The position numbers and the translations under genes were made by a program. The notes beneath the pieces are model-generated. The model saw nothing but the letters and a program-made list of their open reading frames with translations, searched no databases and was not told the origin of the DNA. Positions 26,430-39,119 of a stretch of 64,000 nt of DNA are shown here, in pieces; position 1 is the stretch's first letter, and every line of letters begins with the position of its first letter. Origin of the DNA: Octopus sinensis (Eukaryota); the NCBI RefSeq assembly GCF_006345805.1, contig NC_043001.1, positions 51,212,001 through 51,276,000 on the forward strand, given 5' to 3'.

Positions 26430-26750
26430 TATAAAGTTTCTAGGAATCCTTACTGATGAAAATATGAATTGGAAATTGCACATTCTAACAACAGAATCCA
26501 AAATATGGACACAACTTGGAATAATCTGTAGGGGACTTAAGTTTTTGGACAACAAAGCAATGAAAATGTAGTATTTTTCTTTTGTTAATCCATATTTAAT
26601 ATAAAGTAACCTAGCTTGGGGTAGTGTCAAGAAATTAAAATTAAATAAACTTCATACTTTACAAAAACATGCTGCCAAGATTATATCAAAGGCTCCCAGA
26701 GGATCCCACTCTTGTCCTTTAATGCTTGATAATAAAATACTAAACATTTA
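26430..26750 (+). mobile_element. L2/Crack/Daphne-group LINE fragment (C-terminal part of the RT region)
   Basis: KFLGILTDENMNWKLHI...YFSFVNPYLI*SNLAWGSVKKLKLNKLHTLQKHAAKII. Confidence 0.75.
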
Positions 26751-27018
26751 GCATGGCTGTGTGGTATGAAGCTTGCTTCCTAATCACATGGCTCTGGGTT
26801 CAGTCCCACTGTGTGGAACCTTGGGCAAATGTGTTCTACTATTGCCTCAGGCTGACCAAAGCCTTGTGAATAGATTTGGCAGACGGAAACTGAACAATAC
26901 CTGTTGTATGTATATATATATGAGTAAAGGAAAATGGAGAAACTGACATATGGACAACCATTTATTAGAACATAATACAATTCTGAACAATATCAAACTC
27001 AATTTCACCTGAATCAGT

Positions 27019-27231
27019 TTAACCCTTTCGTCACTGTATTTATTTTGAGATGATCTGTATTTCTTTCAATTATTTTAAATATAACAAAGAATTTAGTAAA
27101 ATAACTTAGCTACCATTCAGTTAGTGTTAGGAACATAAATTGTGACTAAGGTTTGGTGGAAGATTTTAATTCAAAACTTATGAAAACAAGACATTTGTAC
27201 TCAGAGCCAGAGCCAGTTACAAAAGGGTTAA
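27019..27231. mobile_element. TTAA-flanked MITE, second copy, inserted in the left arm of the old inverted repeat
   Basis: ttaaccctttcgtcac ... aaagggttaa; absent from the right arm near 31830-31875. Confidence 0.7.
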
Positions 27232-28127
27232 GAAATTAAATTAAATTTTCATATTGGATATCATTAATTAGGTATTTCATCAGGGGAAGAATTTGATAGA
27301 CTCAATCAAATATGTGTGTTTCAACAACCAATGTATTTTTTTTTTAAATGTTAGTTATGTAAATGCTAACTTGTTTAATGCATTTGTGTGCATGTATGTG
27401 TAACGTGTTGAAAAACAAAAACAAAATATCTCTTAGTTAGCTTAAATGATATTTTGATATGATTACTTTAAACTAGAAGCTTAAAAAAACATTATTCCTA
27501 AATGACACTATAACTTATGATAAATCAAAATGTCATTAAAGTATTTAATCACTTAAGAAAATTAATTGTAACTTATCCAGTTGTAGTCTATAAATTATAG
27601 TTAAATAATAAATTATTATTGCTATAATTTTTTATTTTAAAAACCATAGTTATGTATATGTAATATCTACATTGCCTATTTGTACGCATGTGTGTTAATG
27701 TGTTGAAGGTTACTAGAGGATGTCGTATCAAAACTGCTAACAAATGACCATAGTTGAATATTACATCATCAATATTTGTACACAATATGATTGTTTTCAT
27801 ATAGTGTGAACAGACATACAGGCTCGTATCACAGATATATAGGCTCATGATGTCCCTTGATTCATTGATTCATTATTTTATTTACATGAATTTATGAGAA
27901 ACCCTGTGAACAAAATGAGACAGTTTTCCAAAATGGAGGTGAACACCTTTCTCCATGTGATTGGTTTGAAAAATTGGTTAAGACACTAGGATATTTTTCT
28001 ATTTTGATAAACTTTAATTTTTGAAATGCTGGCTGCCAAACCAAGTAGATCCCCTATGTTTCTTAACATGAAACCAATGGTAGCCTTAATTCACAAATAA
28101 AGAAATATATATATATATATGTATGTA

Positions 28128-28194
<67 letters not shown>

Positions 28195-28234
28195 ATATAT
28201 ATATATATATATATCTATATATATATATATATAT

Positions 28235-28545
28235 GGAGGCGCAATGGCCTAGTGGTTAGGGCAGCGGACTCGCGGTCGTAGGATCGCGGTTTCGATTCTC
28301 AGACCGGGCGTTGTGAGTGTTTATTGAGCGAAAACACCTAAAGCTCCACGAGGCTCCGGCAGGGGGTGGTGGCGATCCCTGCTGTACTCTTTCGCCACAA
28401 CTTTCTCTCACACCTTCTTCTGTTGGCCTGCTCGCTTAGCCAGCAGGGTGGCGTCATTTGAAGGCTAAAACAATGCAAAGCGCATTGTGACCAGCGATGT
28501 GTAACAACATCTGATGGCCTGGTCGGTCACGGTGATCACGGTGAT
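28235..28545 (+). mobile_element. Young GC-rich tRNA-derived SINE, family D, within (TA)n
   Basis: ggaggcgcaatggcctagtggttagggcagcgg...ggtttcgattc (A/B boxes), followed by a non-tRNA body. Confidence 0.7.
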
Positions 28546-30122
28546 ATATATATATATATATATTGAATTAGGCAGTGGTTTAGCAATGTATCACCATAAA
28601 GGAAAACAATAATTTTATTAAATATGACTGAGGGTGTTAGAACACCTACAATACTAGAAATAAGAGCTAAAGTACTCTGATGCTGCAGTCAATGCACATA
28701 ATTGTATACATAAATACTGACAGCGACCATAAATGGCAAAATCCCCTTCACTCACGAATGACCATAGGATTGTACCTAGAAAGTACCCCTTTGAGGCACA
28801 AGTTTGGGAAAGCTTTTTGTGAAAGGCCAGCATACCAGTCTCCCATCTTCATGCCACCAATGTTGTAAGGGTGCTGGCATGACATAGACAGAGAAAGAAG
28901 TGTAGAGATGGGAGAACATCATCACTACATTTAGTATAAACAAAACGTCAAGGATACAAATAATAAAACATGACAGATAGAACAAGCAAAATTTTAGCCT
29001 TCCTCAACTGTCTCATAACACAAACTACTCTTTGGCTATCTTTAAGATAGTGTGTTAAAGCTTAATGCTAGTATCGTTGTTATATATACTTTTGTATATA
29101 TTTATCTTATATGCACAGAAATAGATAAATAGATAGATAAATAGACAGGTAAAAGAGAGGGGAGAGGGGTGGGGGAGGAAAGGATGTGTGGAAAATCGCA
29201 GGAAAATAGTTTTTCCTAGAACTAATGAATTTTAGAATAGAAATTTAGATTTAAATGAAATTATCACATGGCTTCCTGAGTAGGATGTGTATAGTCACAT
29301 GTAAACATATTCATTTCATTTGTTGTGTATGTATGTTTCTTGCTGCTGCTGCTGTTGCTGTTCTTGTTCCTGTTGTTGTTGTTGTGTTTCCCTATCCTCA
29401 GTTCTTCCTGAGTCACTACAGAATGAGTAAACACACGATCAAAGTCATTTCAGCTGTGACCATCCTGTTTTTTTAAATTATTCTTTTCAGACAATTTAGG
29501 ACATTTGTACCTACCAACTTAATTTTTTTTTCAAATAGTAGAAGTGTGATATGTGGGAGATTTGGTTACTACTTCTAGTAGAATATATGTCTGTGTAAGA
29601 GCATGTGTGTGTGTGGTGCATGTGTATATGCCTGCTTCAATAAAAATGTGAGTAAAATGCATATGGTTGCACACACAATCACTCTGTGAGTGAAAATAGA
29701 TGTATGAAAGAGTATTTACATGTAACTAACATGAAGGATAATGAGATAGGGAGGGGAAGAAGAAAAAGAGGGGATGGAAGAGAAAGAAGGGTATTATAGA
29801 ACTGGCACATACAATTGTGTCTCATCATTGTTTTCATGCTTACACATGTGCAGACATACAAGGGGAAAAAATCATGTACTGTCATCAGATCAGCTGCCTG
29901 GTAGATGTGAATGTCTCACCAATAATTGGGGGAAAAGATAAACATCTATCAAGAATTAAAGAAAAATATACTGCTCTTATATTAAGGCTGTATGTATACT
30001 TTTTTTCATTTGTTCTTGTTATCAGAGGTGCACAGGGCTACATAACAGATTTGTATGAAAGCCTATGATAGCTGGGTTCTCCTGACTCTCATTCAGTCCA
30101 ATTCATTTGATTAGTTGTAGAG

Positions 30123-30423
30123 CAGTGGTTCTCACCTGGGATCCATATGGCCGTTGGAGGGTCGATATGGCCCTAGGGTTCCAAATGGCCCTTGGGGGTC
30201 CATATAAGATTTTGTTGTTAAAATTTATCTGCAATAAATTGGATATACTTCTACAATTCACAAAATATTTCAATAACTAATTTTGTATGATTCCGAATAA
30301 TATTTCATTATAAAAGTATAATGGGATTTTTTTAAACATCAAATGGCAGTAAGGATCCATCCAAATAAAATAGGAATCAAAGGGTGTCCACAAGTAAAAA
30401 AAAAAATTGGTTGAGAAATACTG
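30123..30423. mobile_element. hAT (Charlie-like) MITE
   Basis: cagtggttctca ... ttgagaaatactg, with degenerate 8-bp flanks ttgtagag / gtatagaa. Confidence 0.7.
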
Positions 30424-31374
30424 GTATAGAATGAAATTTGTGAAACAACCCAGAGGTCCCAGGACTGAAAACATGCACCAGATTAAATGTACCTATAGAA
30501 TAGTTCACTCAGCTGTAGAAATGAGTTTCCATGTCGCTGGTGCCAAGTTGTATTGGCCTTTGGCTTTCTTTTGGACAACATTGGTGGCATGAAGATGGGA
30601 GACTGATATGCTGGCCTTTCACAAACAGCTTTCCCAAACTTGTGCCTCAAAGGGGTACTTTCTAGGTACAATCCTTTCTTTAATTCTTGATAGATGTTTA
30701 TCTTTTCCCCCAATTATTGGTGAGACATTCACATCTACCAGGCAGCTGATCTGATGACAGTACATGATTTTTGCCCCTTGTATGTCTGCACGTGTCTCGG
30801 GAATTTGTGATCATTATTATTTTAAAAACATAATAGGTAAAATATTAAGTTAAAGATACTACGTATTAATTTGATAATGATTTTAATTTTTATTATTTTG
30901 ATTTGTTAACATTAAGGCTTTCCTTAATTAAGATCATTTGTATCTGTTCTTACTATTATATAACTAAACATATTGTGTACAAATGTTGATGATGTAATAT
31001 TCAGCTATGGTAAATAGTAAGCAACTCGATACGTCATCATTTCGTAGCTTTCAACACATTAACACACACACATGCACAAATACATAGAAAATATTACACA
31101 TACACAGCTATGGTTTTAATTAAGAAATTATAAATATAATTTATTATTTAACTATAATTACTAGAGATTGCAACAGGGTGACTTATAACAAATTTCTTAA
31201 GTAATTAAATACTTTACTGACATTTCGATCAATCATAAGTAATAATGTAAATTAAAAACAATGTTTTTAGTTTCTAGTTAAAGTAATCGTATAGAAATAT
31301 CATCTAAGCGAACTAACGACTATTTTTGTTGTTCAACACTTTACATACGCACGCTCACAAATGGATTGACAAGA

Positions 31375-31750
31375 CTTCTTTTGTACCCACCCTCAAAATA
31401 CCCCTTTTTATATTTAATTTTTTTCTACACAGACCCCCGTTTTCGGCTACAGAGAATACAAATCTGCAAAAAAAATTGGCAAAAATCGGCATTCTGAAAT
31501 CCCCCACCCCCACCCCCACACCAATTCTTCATTTTAAACTTTTTTCAGAATTTTTTTCCCCCAAAATATGCGGGAAAATACGGAGATTATGATTCTGAAA
31601 AATTTTTCCAAAAATTTTTCTACTTTAGGGTTAGGGTGTCAGGGTTAGGGTTTTCAGGTTAGGGTTTTAGGATTAGGGTTTTCAGGTTAGGGTTGGGGTT
31701 AGGGTTAGAGTTTTAGGATTAGGGTTAGATTACCAATACATTGGAACGTA
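31375..31750. mobile_element. Repeat element carrying degenerate (TTAGGG)n at 31625-31730
   Basis: Homologous to 41545-41860 (aatctgcaaaaa..ttggcaaaaatcggcatt; cggagat.atgattctgaaaaa). Confidence 0.65.
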
Positions 31751-31978
31751 GCTCCTTTCTATCAAATTCTTCCCCTGATGAAATATCCAATTAGCTATAT
31801 TCAATATGAAACTTTAATTCAATTTAATTTCTCAAATTCAATTAATTGGGCATGGAAACAATTGTAGGTGCTATGAGTTTGTTTTTGTTTGGAATTGAAT
31901 ATGTTCTAATAAACTGATGTCTATATGTCAATTTCTCCGTTTTCTCTTTCTCATACATAAACGATATATACATATATA

Positions 31979-32032
<54 letters not shown>

Positions 32033-32418
32033 GCACATACATAAAACAAAATAATTATAGATACTCTCAAAATCCAGACCCCACAGAGAAATATGAAAAA
32101 TTAAAATCTCCCTTACATAGCTGAAATAACCAGCTTGATAAAAAACCAAATGCTGCTTCGAAAATAATTCACATACAACAGAAATAAAGAATCAGCAGCA
32201 AGAAATGAAACAATAGAATAATTAGGAAAATAGTTGCATCCGTCAAAAACCACAAAAACCACAAAAAATAATCTGTAAAACACTACACCAAGTAAGTAAT
32301 GATCCTGGAACTCATCCCGGAGAGGTATCATGAAACTCCTACTTCAGATAAAAGATGAAATAATGAAATAGCACAGCTGGTAAACCGCTTCTATTAAGCA
32401 CTTTTCAAAAACGAAAAC

Positions 32419-32638
32419 ACAAAGGCATGCTGAAAAGTTCCTAGCTATGGGTAAAAGAAAATACAGGAGGATCAGTTAATTATGATTTTATCCAATATAT
32501 TCCCCTCTCAGATCAACACAAGTATTACAATGGTCCTTCAGTTTTTCTAAGCCCTGTAAAAGAATTCGGAAGTTTGGGCCTCCAAGCAGACCTTTCGCAA
32601 TATCTTTAAAGCCAGGAATTTTTCAGCACCTCCTTGTA
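32419..32638. mobile_element. mariner-type MITE
   Basis: Imperfect TIRs ...gctgaaaagttcctagc / gccaggaatttttcagcacctccttgta. Confidence 0.55.
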
Positions 32639-33844
32639 GTTCAACAATTCAGAAAATTTTGTGTGGTTGGTTGTGTTGTTTTTAAATTTTTTTTCATGTT
32701 TGAATGCATGGCAGGAGCCTGGTGGCTTTGATCCATTAGACTTGAATTTAAGTATTTAAGGAATGGAACGTACAATTTCATGTAAGTTGGATTACCTCAT
32801 GGCCCCAGCAGATAAAATAGAAAGGTATTGCCCTGGAGGATAGTGAGGGAGATGCGCTGGAACAGTCACTCTGACTCACAGAACTCGCATTTGCAAATAG
32901 CCTTCTCTGCCCTGATAGCATTGCAATGAGCAGGGATATGGTTTGGGGGCTGAGAAGATTAGAGATCTCCACAGCTACAGGCTTGATCATAAACCTGTCA
33001 GAGATTGACCGATACCTTGACAGTTTGCTTTTCTCATCCTGACAGCGAGGCCTGGGCTGGTAGCTGACCACACTAAGTTGCCACTAGAGAAGGTATCACA
33101 GCATGTAGCATTCCAGATGAGGAAGCCTACGGTTACAGAACAGGAAAATTGTCATACTGTCTGGCCTTTTACCGTCCCCTTAGTTTAGCCCCACTGGCTT
33201 GAGCTGGGAAGGGCTGCCTGAGATGTCTAGGCCATGCTTTATGATTTTGTTAAGGGTAGCATGGTGTGGAAGGGGGCCAGCACTATGATGGCATGAACGA
33301 ATCTACAGAGAATTACACAGCAATAGTAACGGGGGTCATAGATCTGGAAGCCAAGCCCCAGGGAAATGCTGATGCACAGATAGTCGCTCAGCCTTTTCAC
33401 CACCACCAAAAGGGAGAGAAAACACAAAGAAGCAACGAAACCTGAAACACAAAATGCCAAATATGTTCCATCCAAAATATGGCTCTAACCCATTCCATCT
33501 ATCAAATATCTGAACAGTAGTTATATCAAGGCAAGGATGCTTTATGGGTGTAAAACTTTTGATAATTGTCAAGTCCCTTAACCCCTTGGAGGTCGTTGCA
33601 GTGCTGCAGCTAGGCAGCATATCAAGGGCGAGAAAGCCTGGTGGAGCCCATCTCTCTCCAGGCTAAACTCATTTCTACAGCTAAGTGGACTGGAACAATG
33701 TGAAGTGAGGTGTTTTGTTCAAGAACACAACGCAACGCCCGGGCCGAGAGTCGAAACCACAATCTTACATATTTATCCTTTGTACCCACGTGCATGTTAC
33801 GAACGATAACGCAGAAAACTGCAGTATTCGATCAGGGAGTAAAT

Positions 33845-34768
<924 letters not shown>

Positions 34769-34776
34769 ATATATAT

Positions 34777-34808
<32 letters not shown>

Positions 34809-35731
34809 ATATATATATATATATATGCGCGTAACTGTGGCCGCAATCTAATGATGGAAACAAGTAAAATGTTAAAGTAGATACGACGTATTTCTTTATT
34901 ACCCACAAGGGGCTAAACATAGAGGGGACAAACAAAGGTATTAAGTCGATTACATCGACCCCAGTGCGTAACTGGTACTTAATTTATCGACCCCGAAAGG
35001 ATGAAAGGCAGAGTCGACCTCGGCGGAATTTGAACTCACAACGTAACGACAGACGAAATACGGCTACGCATTTTGCCCGGCGTGCTAACGTTTCTGCCAG
35101 CTCGTTGCCTTAAAAGTAGATACGACGACAGGCTTCTTTAAGATTCCGTCTTTCAAATCCACTCGGAAGACTTTGATGGGCCTGGGGTTATAGTAGAAGT
35201 CTCTTACCCACAGTACCACGCAGTAGGACTGGACCTGGAACCATGCGGTTGTGTAGCAAACTATTTACCATATGGATAAACATGCCTGCGCCTGTTCGTA
35301 CACGCTTATAAACAGATGACATCATCGCCATTTCTTTCCACCACTCCTTAGACACAGTAACACAAATCCCGAACGTCAACGTCAAGCAATTAGACTGGTG
35401 ACCTCAAAAAACAAGCGACGTTCAGTAACACGTGCCACATCCCCTGTCCCCGTTCTTAGTAAAAAAAAAATCATCACAGAGCATCACTTTACAAACAAAC
35501 TTACACATACTACATACCATAAAGACAAAAATATTAGGATAGAAATTGGTTGCAAGCATCTCTATAACACTTGCAAGTATATGCTGAAGACACACCAGAA
35601 ATAAAGCAACACGAAGAAATGCTGAAGATATATAGGAAATAGAACAAAACAGCGCACAAAGATACGTTGCTCACAGTCACAATATCGAACTGATGCAAAG
35701 AAACACGCATACACGCGCACACAAACACACG

Positions 35732-35792
<61 letters not shown>

Positions 35793-35831
35793 GTCTATGT
35801 ATCTGTCTGTCTGTCTACTTTGGTAGCTCTC

Positions 35832-35920
<89 letters not shown>

Positions 35921-36003
35921 GGTCCCGGGTTGATCCGGGGTTAACCACAGTAAGTAAGGTACTCAATACATAGCAGAGTAAAATTAATTTATTATATAGA
36001 AGG

Positions 36004-36054
36004 AGCTTCTACAGGACTAGTACTGTTTCATTCAAGAGAAATCTTCAGGAAGCT
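36004..36054 (-). ncRNA. Type I hammerhead ribozyme motif
   Basis: Minus strand agcttc CTGAAGA tttc-tctt-gaat GAA ACAG-tactagtc-CTGT A gaagct: stems I, II (weak) and III, with a GUA triplet. Confidence 0.65.
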
Positions 36055-36404
36055 ATTTAACAAGAATTGTATTAGCATTTATACATTTAGGCAGGTTTAA
36101 AGGAGTGGTGGTGGGGGACTTTTTGGGGGTAGGCATAGCGCAAACTATCATACTTGGGGAGTGGTCAGGAGTCAGTGGTAAGTTAGATGAAAGAATAGAT
36201 AAATAAAAAAATAAAAATAAAAATAAAAAATAAAAAATAAAAATAAAAATAAAAAAATAAAAAATAAAAATAAAAATAAAAAAATAAAAATAAAAAATAA
36301 AAAAATAAAATGTGTGCACATACTTACATAAACACATATACATACACACACACATACGTACACATGTGTGCCTATACATACCTACACATACACACATACA
36401 TACA

Positions 36405-36461
<57 letters not shown>

Positions 36462-36825
36462 ATCAAATACAGGCCCATTCCCTAATTTTAATTTTATTAT
36501 CTTCATTTTTACTTTTGTTATCTTTGATCGCTAGGGCTAAGGATCCTGGCGATGGCAGGATGGCAGGATATATATATATCAGATCGCCATGTTGATTCGC
36601 TAGCTTCTGCACGCAAAAATTTTTTTTCTCTCCTTCTTTCTGTGTTTTTTCTCTGTGTATCTTTCTGTTGAAGAGCGTAGGCTCGAAACGTTAAAGACTT
36701 GTTTTATTTATATTTCCTGAGCGCCATACTAATACAATTGTTTGTTTGTATTCCACCTGCCTTCGTCTTTTGTTTATTTCCGTAAACCTGCCTTCGTCTT
36801 TTGTCTATTTTCATAAAGCTTCCCG

Positions 36826-36878
<53 letters not shown>

Positions 36879-38257
36879 GCAAGGACCCTGGAACAGGGTG
36901 TGCAGTGGGTGCACCTGCACCCCCTGGAATTTTCAGGTGGTGCAAGATCAAAATTTGCACCCCCAACATAATTTTACCAGTTTCAAGAAACAGTGTCTAA
37001 AAAATTAAGATGCTGGAAATTAGTTGAAGTTAGATTTCGCTTCAAAACAACAACAAAGAGCAAAAATAAATAAATAAATAAAAGTAATGAAGCTGGGCTT
37101 AAAACTCCCAAGGGAATTTATGACTACCAACTTCTGCAGCAAAGTAGCGTCAAAATAAAATTATGTGACAACAACAACAACAGCAGCAACAACAAGATGA
37201 AAGAAAATGTGTGAAGGTCTCAAGTTCTTTGTAACTGATATCGCTAAAGACGGATGACATGGTTGAATGGATTCGACCGTTTGACATAAGCCTAAAAATA
37301 AAAACCCTTTTAAAGTTCTTTCAGTGATATCGGTTTTTACAAGGGAACAAAATGATTTCTTTTTATCTTTGATATTTAGTGCTCATTGTTAAATGCTTTG
37401 ATATTTAATGCTCATTCGAAATATTAGTCCAGTTTATTAAAAAAAAAAAAGACTTTGAAAGGAAACATTTAACTGTAAGTGATTGCAGGCCAACCCCGAA
37501 ATTACCTAATTTGCGAAATTCCCTCAAGAACAGTTTTCGACAATTTCAGACTAATCTATATAAAAAGAAAATAATATTGTAAGCATTACCTATCGTCATC
37601 CTGACGCGGTTAACCACGAAGATCATTTCAGAGGTGCTTTATCGCTCATAAGTCTAACTCTAGCTGAGGCCAGCACACGGACCAATGTGCTTTTAACAGG
37701 GGTCTTTAATTTTACTAATCGTATCCGGTATGAAGGGTTATATCCAGCCTGGAACTAAGCAATTGAAGAGGAGGGATACGAACGCTCTCCTCGATACCAC
37801 TAAAAACTTTTTTATACAACAAATGACTACCCGTCCAATTATCTGTATATGGGAGATCAGCTGCTATAAAACTGAATCATAGACCACCCTCCGTCAAAAA
37901 GCAACAGCAAAACTAATAGAAAATAAATTAAGGCGGTGCTCCAGCATGAGTGTAGTACTATCATTAAAAGGATAAAAGTACATAAACACGCGCGCGCGCC
38001 TGTGCACGCGTGTGCGTGTGATTTGATGTGTGATTCGTCTTGTTTCAATATTGTACCAGACGGCAGTCTTCAGTAATTATTGCCAATGACACCACTGACC
38101 ACAATCTTTTATACCAATGCTGAAATCAAGTGTCTATATATGTGTGTATGTATAAATAAGACTGGAACTAGTTACAGCATTCCGGCTTACTAGATCCAGT
38201 CAAACAGTGTAACCCATGCCAGCATGGAAACCGGACGCTAAATAATGATGATGATGA

Positions 38258-38292
<35 letters not shown>

Positions 38293-38296
<4 letters not shown>

Positions 38297-38900
38297 AAAT
38301 GGGACAAGAACGCAAAACATTCAGAAGACGATACAAAAAACACGGACGGGTCATTGGAAGCCTTTAATCTTTAGTCAAGAACCGGATCATCCTCGCAATT
38401 TCGGCTGATTAATCTTGAGATTGCTCCAATCTGGCCAGCCCCAAGAAAAAACTAAGCTAAGTGCATTAGATTCCTTGGAAAAAAGCTTCGAACGTATACG
38501 AAACAAGGACGGAAAAACGGACGATGTTACACGAATATAAATACAAAACTAATACAAAAAAAACAACAACAATAATAATGATAGCAGGACATAACAGGCG
38601 TCTTTCGACTGGAGACGAATTGAATTTAGCTGGCGTGTTAGGAATGAAGCCTTACGGCAGAGGAAAAGTGTCGATGTGAGAGCGACCGTTGCCAAACGCA
38701 AAAAGGCCAGCAGTCGGCCAACGGTCACGTGAGAAGAGAAGAGAGAGAAAAAGAGGAACAAAGGAATTAAGGAGGGTGAGAAGAGAGAGAAAAAGAGGAA
38801 CAAAGGAATTAAGGAGGAGAGAAGAGAGAGAGAGAGAGAGTGTGTGTGTAGATAGAAGAATCCGGGAGTGTCGAGAAAAAGGGAGAGACAGGGACAAAGT
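38293..38900 (+). mobile_element. Unclassified interspersed repeat, family E, always found beside (TA)n
   Basis: agtcaagaaccggatcatcctcgcaatttcggctgattaatcttgagattgctcc also occurs at 46545-47100(-) and 55700-56015(+), and partially at 34365-34470. Confidence 0.7.
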
Positions 38901-39119
38901 GAAGTGCAAAGTAAGAAAGGCAAAGAGTTCTTAAAGATATAGCTCCTCTTTAACGTTATTACTAATCATATCATATGTATGTATGCATGTATGTGTGTGT
39001 GTTTGTGCGTGTGTGTTTTGATATCAAGATTAGAAAAAATCCACCTTGTTTGTAAAAAACTTTGACCTGGGTTTGCACCCCTTAAGTATATTTCGTTCCC
39101 GGGCCACTGGGCGGAAGAA

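Larger units (their letters stand above)
26930..31945. repeat. Old inverted repeat, arms ~26930-27790 and ~30965-31945
   Basis: For example caggggaagaatttgataga (27281) vs tctatcaaattcttcccctg (31758), and aatattacatcatcaatatttgtacacaatatg vs its complement at ~30969. Diverged, with arm-specific insertions. Confidence 0.85.

Noticed and set aside
31625-31730. True telomere or chromosome-fusion site
   Set aside because: Short, degenerate, single orientation, and embedded in a repeat that recurs at ~41.5-42 kb.
36880-39109. 2.2-kb hAT element defined by caaggaccctggaac / gttcccgggccactg
   Set aside because: Only 11 of 15 TIR positions match, there is no 8-bp target duplication and no recognisable transposase; possible but unsupported.
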